Source: Fonticula alba ATCC 38817 (lineage: Eukaryota > Protista > Nucleariida). Taken from it: a stretch of DNA of 5,075 nucleotides. The notes under the pieces were generated by a model. That model searched no databases. It was not told where the DNA came from and saw only the letters and a program-made list of their open reading frames with translations. The DNA lies in NCBI GenBank assembly GCA_000388065.2, contig KB932245.1, one strand, 5' to 3'. A program made the translations under genes and the position numbers. Of this stretch, positions 1-5,075 are shown piece after piece (position 1 is the stretch's first letter; the number at the start of each line of letters is the position of its first letter).

Positions 1-362
1 CTCGCTGTTTTTCCCAATGGGCCGGCGTTTAATTCCCACCCATTTTCTCGGGGCCCCGGCGCGCGGTAGTCGGGCAGCGGCGGCCGGGCGGGATTCGTGG
101 GCGCACGCCCGGGCGCGAGCGGCGAGGCGGGGACACGAACGCGGGCGCGGGTGTGGGCACGCCTGCCACCGTGCCGCCCGATGCCTGGCCCCGCAGGGGG
201 CGGCGGTATATTGCTGTTTCGCTTCGGCGTGTCTCTCCCGGGAGAAGGGGGGGGGGGGATGCTCGCGGTCGAGGGGGGAGGCGGGGCGCCTGGCCGGCGC
301 GTGCGTGCGTGCGTGCGCCCCGCTGTGGCCGGCGGCCCGGTGGCCCGGTGCGCTGTCATGGT

Positions 363-386
363 GTTGTTGTTGTTGTTGTTTTTTTT
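363..386. repeat. (GTT)6 microsatellite running into a T8 tract
   Basis: Read directly from the sequence. Confidence 0.9.
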
Positions 387-472
387 GGGCCCCTGCATCG
401 GCCGGGTGTCGCGACGCCTAGACTCCCGGCTGCTTTCGGCGAAATGCACATGGATGAGCGCGTGCGGCGGTG

Positions 473-494
473 GCACACGCGCGCGCGCGCGCGC
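473..494. repeat. Alternating purine-pyrimidine tract including (CG)8
   Basis: GCACAC followed by (GC)8, read directly. Confidence 0.9.
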
Positions 495-704
495 TGGCCT
501 GCGCCAGGCTGCGGCGGCACATTCGGACCGGCCCGGCCGGGGAGGTGTGGCCATTTTGATGGGGGGGGGGGGGGGGTGCCCCACCGGGCCGATTGGGCGG
601 ACCGGCGCGCCGAAAGCGGCGACGGGGGGGGAGGGCCCTTCCTCCCCCGGCGGCCGGCCAGCCGGATTGCCGCCCGTGCGGCGCGGCGGCCCAACCTTCC
701 TGGC

Positions 705-790
705 GGGCCGCTTGTCTGCGGACCCCCCCGGGGGGGGGGGGGNNNNNNNNNNGGGCCGCTTGTCTGCGGACCCCCCCGGGGGGGGGGGGG
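705..790. other. Scaffold gap (N10, 743-752) flanked by an exact 38-nt direct duplication; probable assembly artefact
   Basis: 705-742 and 753-790 are identical (GGGCCGCTTGTCTGCGGA-C7-G13), and both copies abut the N run. This is typical of an unmerged contig overlap at a homopolymer. Confidence 0.85.
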
Positions 791-1350
791 CGAAGATGGC
801 CGGCATGTGGCACCCCCCCGGCCGCCCACCGCGGGCCCCGGCTGGCGGGCCCAAAACAGGGAGGCCATGCCTGGCACCGGGCGGCCGGGGCCGTGTGCCG
901 GGCTCCCCCCCCCCCCTCCCCCCCGAGCGGGTGCCGAGCCGTGGGCGCGGGGCGTGGGGCGGCGGACGCGCGTGCCCACGCCGCCGGGCCTCGCGGCAGG
1001 GGATTCCATTGTTTTCATTCCACCCGCGCCATGCCTGGTGGGAAGATTCCGGCGGCGGGCGGCCGCGGCGCGAGCCCTTTCCGGATCCTGCCCCTGGATA
1101 TGGGGCCGCCTCGGTCCGGGGGGCGGGAGGGGGGCCGCCGTGCGGCCGTGGCGGCCGGCGGCCGGGCGGCCGCGGGAGGCGGGGGCAAGATCGCCAACCC
1201 CGGCCGGGTCCGTGGCCTGACCGAGGCCCGCCCGGGGCCGGCGGATTTGCCCCGAGCACATGTCCCCGGGAGATTGGCGTCTATCTGTGCGCGCCGGGGG
1301 CGCCGGCGCCGGCGCCGCGCGAGGGGGGGGGCGGGCGGGGGCGCGGCGAG

Positions 1351-1402
1351 GCCACGAGAGCGCCGATCCGGCCCGGGCCACGAAAGCGCCAGCCCGGCCC
1401 GG
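1351..1402. repeat. Imperfect 26-bp tandem duplication
   Basis: GCCACGAGAGCGCCGATCCGGCCCGG (1351-1376) and GCCACGAAAGCGCCAGCCCGGCCCGG (1377-1402), 22/26 identical. Confidence 0.8.
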
Positions 1403-1425
1403 TGCCCGGGCCTGGCAGCCTGGAT

Positions 1426-1452
1426 GCCGCCGCCGCCGCCGCTGCCGCCGCC
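1426..1452. repeat. (GCC)5 GCT (GCC)3 trinucleotide repeat
   Basis: Read directly from the sequence. Confidence 0.85.
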
Positions 1453-1729
1453 TCCTCCCCAGGGGGCCGGCCGCCGATTGGGCCCATTCCTGGGCCGCGC
1501 CGCATGGCTGGCCCCCCCGCTCCCCCCCCCCCCCTTCGCCGGCTCATGTCCATCCTCAGGCCTGCTGCCTGGCCGGGCCGCCGGGGAGGCGGGGCCTCAC
1601 GCGGGCGCCACCGCCCGCGGCGCCTATTTGAGGCGGTGCCCGGGCGGGGGGGACCCGCCGCTGGGGGTTGCAACTGCTCTTGCCCTCTGGTTTCCTGTGT
1701 TGATGCACCCTCGCGCGCGCGTCTGCCAC

Positions 1730-1744
1730 TGTGTGTGTGTGTGT
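1730..1744. repeat. (TG)n dinucleotide microsatellite
   Basis: TGTGTGTGTGTGTGT read directly. Confidence 0.9.
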
Positions 1745-1929
1745 CTTTTTGTGCCCTTGCCTTGTTCCCCCTGCCTCGTCCCCGCGCTCGACCCCGGTGA
1801 CCGGCATCCCGCCCTGCCTCGTCCGCGGCCCGCTGTGCCGCCCCGCCTCCGGCTCGTCTGCCGCCCCGGCGCCTGCTGCGCGATCCGCCTGCGCCTGCAT
1901 TCCCCCCCCCCCTTCCCCCGGCCCAAGCC

Positions 1930-3700
1930 ATGGGTGTCATTTCGCTGCAGCTGTGGCAGCTGCTGCTGGTCCTGGTGCCGGTCAATGCGGCCATCAGCTT
2001 CGCTTCGGCGTCCATCTCCTTCACGGCCTGGAATTTGATCGTCCCGCTGCTGGGGTCCATCTTCGGCATCCCCCTCCGGGTGTGCGGTGCGTGGCCGGCA
2101 CCGGCGCCTGCTCCATTTCCTTCGCCCCGCCGGCCGGCCGCGGCGCCCCCCGCGCGAGACTGACATGCGACACCCCCCCCTCTGGCCGGCTCCGCGCAGT
2201 GCTCCTGTCGGTGGTGACGGACATCGTCAATGCGCTGGTGCTGCTGGTGCTGAATGTGCGCCAGCAGCTGGTCGACGGCAAGGTGGGCATGCTCCTGTCG
2301 TTGGTGGGCTTCGCGGTGACCGCCACGTGGGCCCACTGCGCGCCGCACTTCCTCGAGCAGAATGTCGGCGTCGTCGGCCAGACCCTCTACATCCTGCCGC
2401 TGATCATGGCCACCGGGTTCCTCATCCGGGCCGTGGTGGCCAGCGTGCAGGCGTCGCGGGCGCGCCGCGCCAAGATCCAGGAGACCGTGGCCCCGGAGCT
2501 GGACACGGTCCTGCCGCCGCCGCCGCCGCCGCCGTCGGCAAAGGTACGCACCCGGGTCCGGCGGGCAGCGGGGGAAGGCCGAGGGCGCCGGGGCCGCTTG
2601 GCGTCGGGCCATGTCGCTGACAATCCACCATCCCGGCCGTGGCGCTGGCCGCAATCGGGGGGGCCCCCATCCGCCGGCTGCCGCGCGAATGGGCACGCAC
2701 GCGCCGTGCACGCCATGCCCCCCTCCTGCCTGCCCTTCTCCCCCCCCCCCCCCCCCCTTTCGGGGTGGGCCGGCGGCGGCACGCACAGCCGATGGAGGAC
2801 CTCGAGATGCAGGCCCTGGCGACGGTGGCCGAGGGGAAGCTCCTGCCGCCGGTGGCCACCGGCCCCGGGCCGGAGTCCGACCTGAGCGACTACTCGCCGA
2901 GCTTCGGCTCGGACAGCGACATCACCTCGGTCGGCTCGCCGGACTCCCTGCACGGGCCGCTGTCGATCGGCGGGTCGGACGACCTGCTGTACCCGGCCGG
3001 CGGGCAGGTGGTGTGGCCGGCGGCGCGGGCGATCAACCCCCGGCCGGGGCCGGCGGCGGGCGCGAGGCCTGGGGCCCGGCCCGGCCGCCCGGCCGCCCCC
3101 GAGGCCCCCCCGGCGCCCGGCGTGTCGCTCAGCTGGTGGGACAAGCTCCTGCTGCCCCATGCGCCGCTCATCCGGTGGTACGGCCTGGCCAAGACGTCGC
3201 GCATTCCCCTGCGCCTGGCCCTGGTGGTGGCCAATGTGTCGATCATGTCCTCCCTGAGTGGGCTGCTCTTCTTCGGCGGCGGCATGGTGATGGCCGTGGC
3301 GCAGGGGATCTTCCTGCGGGCGGACATCCGGAGCTGCGCCGCCACCTCCTCCATGATTACGTTGTTCGTCATGCTCGGGGCGCTGTCGGCCCTGCTGCGG
3401 TACGTTGCGCCGCGGTCGTCACTCTCCGGGCGGGGGGGGAGGGGGGGGGCAGGCTGCATGTGTGCATATGGGACTGACACCGGGCCGCGCTCGGTGCCGG
3501 CATCCAGCGACCCGACCGGCGAGATCTACACCTTCGACCTGGGCATGATGGTCATCGTGTCGGGCGTTTGCTCGACCCTCTTCACCCTGCTCGGGCACCT
3601 GTGCATGCGGCGCCTCCGCCAGCAGGACCTCTACTATGTGATCAGCGCCATTCTCTTTGCCATTGGCATCGGGATCCTGGTGCAGCAGTTGCTCCAGTAG
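1930..3700 (+). CDS. Spliced gene for a TauE/SafE (TSUP, PF01925-like) family membrane transporter; exons 1930-2086, 2200-2543, 2789-3399, 3508-3700 (1305 nt, 434 aa + TAG)
   Basis: ATG is in a gccATGg context. Three GT-AG introns join three different ORF-track frames (1930, 1731, 2639) with compatible phases (1, 0, 2), and the exon total is divisible by 3. Codons end overwhelmingly in C/G. The protein has two hydrophobic halves separated by a hydrophilic loop. The C-half SSLSGLLFFGGGMVM...DIRSCAATSSMITLF...MRRLRQQDLYYVISAILFAIGIGIL and the N-half IVPLLGSIFGIP...RQQLVDGK resemble the TSUP repeat pattern (G-x-GGG, VP-x-L, A-x-(A/G)TS, VD). Family call is by eye, not by HMM search; exon structure is more certain than function. 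Confidence 0.85.
2087..2199 (+). other. Spliceosomal intron 1 (113 nt, phase 1)
   Basis: Donor G|GTGCGT, branch-like ACTGACA at 2159-2165, C-rich tract, acceptor GCGCAG|. Of the nearby GT sites (2080, 2082, 2087) only this donor restores the frame into exon 2. The unspliced frame stops at 2161-2163. Confidence 0.85.
2544..2788 (+). other. Spliceosomal intron 2 (245 nt, phase 0)
   Basis: Donor AAG|GTACGC, acceptor GCACAG|CCG ATG GAG. Splicing joins frame 1731 to frame 2639. Branch-like GCTGACA at 2616-2622 and a C18 tract at 2740-2757. Confidence 0.85.
3400..3507 (+). other. Spliceosomal intron 3 (108 nt, phase 2, in-frame and stop-free)
   Basis: Donor CG|GTACGT, branch-like ACTGACA at 3473-3479 (same as intron 1), acceptor ATCCAG|C. 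G-run composition differs from the exons. Removal gives a short loop (ALLR-DPTGEIYTFD) between hydrophobic segments. Confidence 0.8.
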
Positions 3701-3840
3701 GAGGGGGCCGTGCCGGGGCGCGCGCCGGCGTTGTATTCCCATCCTTTCGCCTTGTCCCGCGCCGTGGTGGCTTCCCTTTTTTTTATCCCCCCCCCTGTCC
3801 TTGTGCGGCGCGGGGAGGCCTGGTGTGCCTCCACCTGTCG

Positions 3841-3880
3841 AAGAAAATACCGATCTACCGTGTGTGTATGTGTGTTTGTT
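3841..3880 (+). promoter_or_regulatory. Candidate cleavage/polyadenylation region of the TSUP gene
   Basis: A-rich AAGAAAATA (3841-3849) followed about 10 nt later by a GU-rich element GTGTGTGTATGTGTGTTTGTT (3860-3880), about 140-180 nt after the stop. No canonical AATAAA here. Confidence 0.4.
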
Positions 3881-4367
3881 CCTGCTCGGGGGCGAGGGAG
3901 GGGGAGGGAAGGAGAGAGATCCCCCGGGTGGGTGGGAATGTCCCTCCCCCTTGTGGGGCGGGGGCCGAGGCCGGGAGGTGGTGCGACCCGGGCAGGAGCC
4001 CGGGGGCGAGGGCGGCCGGCGATATACAATGGGATCCCCCCCCCCCCCCCGTGTGGGGGGCCGGCCGGGGGCGGAGAAGGTTGCGCCGCCGGCCGGGCGG
4101 CCGTTGGCCATTTCGGGGGCACGCATGCGGGCAGAGGCCGCCGACAAGGCCGGGGCGGCCGGGGCTCAAAAGATGGCCAGCCACCCCCTGCGAGGGGGAG
4201 GACACGGCGACCAGCGGGCCCGGTGTGCTGGAAATATATGTCTGGCCCCTTCATATGTGTCCTTGACCGGCGCACGGGGAGGCCCGGAAATGTGCGCCGG
4301 CGCGTGTGGCGCATCTTCCTGCCCAAACCGAAAGGGGCAGCCTGTTAAGGGGGGGGGGCGCGTGGGG

Positions 4368-4388
4368 GGCGGCGGCGGCGGCGGCGGC
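4368..4388. repeat. (GGC)7 trinucleotide repeat
   Basis: Read directly from the sequence. Confidence 0.85.
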
Positions 4389-4561
4389 GGAGAATGTGTG
4401 TCACCCGGTCGCGCAGAGGGGCGGGGGGGAAAAAAATAAAACACAACGGCCCCCCCCCCCCGTGGGCGGCGGTGGCCGGGGTGGGCGGGCGCGCCGGGCT
4501 TCGGAGCAAAAAGGGGCCAAACATTCATTTACCCCGGGCCGGGCCGAGATTCCGGAGCCTC

Positions 4562-4633
4562 TCCCGATTAGTATAGTGGTGAGAATCCCCGCCTGTCACG
4601 CGGGAGGCCCGGGTTCAATTCCCGGATCGGGAG
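4562..4633 (+). tRNA. tRNA-Asp-GTC: tRNA-Asp (anticodon GTC), eukaryotic cytosolic type, intronless, no encoded CCA
   Basis: 72 nt. Acceptor stem TCCCGAT/ATCGGGA (7 WC pairs), anticodon stem CCCGC/GCGGG, loop CTGTCAC with GTC at 4595-4597, T stem CCGGG/CCCGG with loop TTCAATT, discriminator G73, G10-U25. A-box TAGTATAGTGG (4569-4579) and B-box GGTTCAATTCC (4612-4622). Confidence 0.97.
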
Positions 4634-4636
4634 CTC

Positions 4637-4642
4637 TTTTTT
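4637..4642 (+). terminator. RNA polymerase III terminator (T6) for tRNA-Asp
   Basis: TTTTTT run beginning 4 nt after the discriminator base. Confidence 0.9.
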
Positions 4643-4977
4643 GTTGCCGCCCGGAGCAACCGGCCCTTGTTCGCGGCGGTGGTGGGGGCGGGGGGCTCAT
4701 CCACACCCGCCCCCGGGCGTGCGCAGGCTGGATGGAGTGAGCCCCCGAGAGAGTGCAAAAAAGCAGGGCGGGGTGCGGGAAAAAAAAAACCCTGGCATGT
4801 CCCCTCAGACGTGGCGCGTCGCGGCTCCGACCGCGCGTTCCCCGGGGAGCGTGTGGCCGTCTTGCCTCGGCAGGGGGACCGAGAGAAGGAGGGACGCTGG
4901 CGGGCCGGGCGCCTGCATGGGCAAGCGGCACGTTCATTGAAACGCTCGGACTGATTCACCGAGGCTTGTTCTCCGAT

Positions 4978-5075
4978 ATGGAGATCACGCCTCGGAAGAA
5001 AGCATTTCGTCTCGAGAGGTACAAGAAGGCAAGCGATGACAATAAAGCGCGCGCGGTCTTGTTGGGGGAAGCAAA
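4978..5075 (+). CDS. Possible 5' end of an unidentified ORF (MEITPRKKAFRLERYKKASDDNKARAVLLGEA...), truncated by the window edge
   Basis: The frame is open from 4741 to the end and its first ATG is at 4978. The peptide is not low-complexity, and the segment is about 53% GC (hand count, 4921-5075). No recognisable homology. Confidence 0.25.
   Translation, partial: MEITPRKKAFRLERYKKASDDNKARAVLLGEA

Noticed and set aside
232-243. Short palindromes (TCTCCCGGGAGA here; TTTCGGCGAAA at 434-444; TCCCCGGGGA near 4839)
   Set aside because: Short GC-centred palindromes are expected by chance in this composition, and there is no independent support for a function.
207-245. TATATTG (like the end of the kinetoplastid spliced-leader exon) and CGCTTCGGC (like the U6 5' hairpin)
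   Set aside because: No GT donor follows TATATTG and there is no ACAGAGA box. A 13-mer containing the same CGCTTCGGC also occurs inside the CDS at about 1999-2011, which suggests chance.
401-440. GCCGGGTGTCGCGACGCCTAGACTCCCGGCTGCT loosely resembles the 5' Alu domain of SRP/7SL RNA
   Set aside because: It lacks the conserved UGUNR motif, there is no helix-8 motif (CAGG...GNRA...AGCAG) downstream, and no T-run terminator about 300 nt later. An Rfam scan would settle it.
705-790. 38-nt direct repeat around the Ns as a biological repeat, target-site duplication or CRISPR-like unit
   Set aside because: Both copies end or start exactly at the gap and include the same G13 run; this is best explained as a scaffolding overlap.
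1546-1635. Upstream ATG exon (MSILRPAAW...) as an N-terminal extension of the TSUP
   Set aside because: Splicing 1636-1927 would be out of frame with the ATG at 1930, and the N-terminus at 1930 already fits a TSUP first helix.
97-1800. Long ORFs upstream of the gene (97..1800, 153..1220, 593..2038, 356..1381 minus and others)
   Set aside because: They give Gly/Pro/Arg/Ala-rich translations through homopolymers, microsatellites and an N gap, with several overlapping frames open at once. This is expected stop-codon scarcity at very high GC.
3451-3452. Alternative acceptor GCAG inside intron 3
   Set aside because: It lies upstream of the ACTGACA branch candidate and would shift the frame (53-nt intron).
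1930-3700. Non-standard genetic code, recoding or non-canonical splice sites
   Set aside because: The spliced CDS has no internal stops, ends at a standard TAG, and all three introns are GT-AG.
1281-4147. Antisense ORFs over the gene (1281..2786, 2387..3160, 2890..3480, 3419..4147, all minus strand)
   Set aside because: Shadow ORFs caused by the C/G third-position bias of the sense exons; no protein-like features.
1-5075. Prokaryotic features (operon, CRISPR array, defence system, integrase at the tRNA)
   Set aside because: Spliceosomal introns and a Pol III-type tRNA without encoded CCA show the DNA is eukaryotic. No repeat-spacer array, tRNA 3' duplication or recombinase ORF is visible.

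Overview
Very GC-rich eukaryotic genomic DNA with abundant CpG, probably from a unicellular eukaryote; the lineage cannot be assigned from this window. It holds one complete four-exon gene on the + strand (1930-3700, three GT-AG introns, 434 aa) whose product looks like a TauE/SafE (TSUP, sulfite exporter-like) membrane transporter. The N-terminal signature of that protein is atypical and it has a long low-complexity central loop. A tRNA-Asp(GTC) gene with a T6 Pol III terminator lies at 4562-4633. A 10-N scaffold gap at 743-752 is flanked by an exact 38-nt duplication, most likely an assembly artefact. A lower-GC segment at the right edge carries a possible truncated ORF. Apart from the frames that carry the TSUP exons, the long ORFs in the supplied track appear to be spurious products of high GC. 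I see no convincing multi-gene novel system. The best leads are the divergent TSUP, its splicing architecture, a D-stem mismatch in the tRNA and the compositionally distinct segment downstream of the tRNA.
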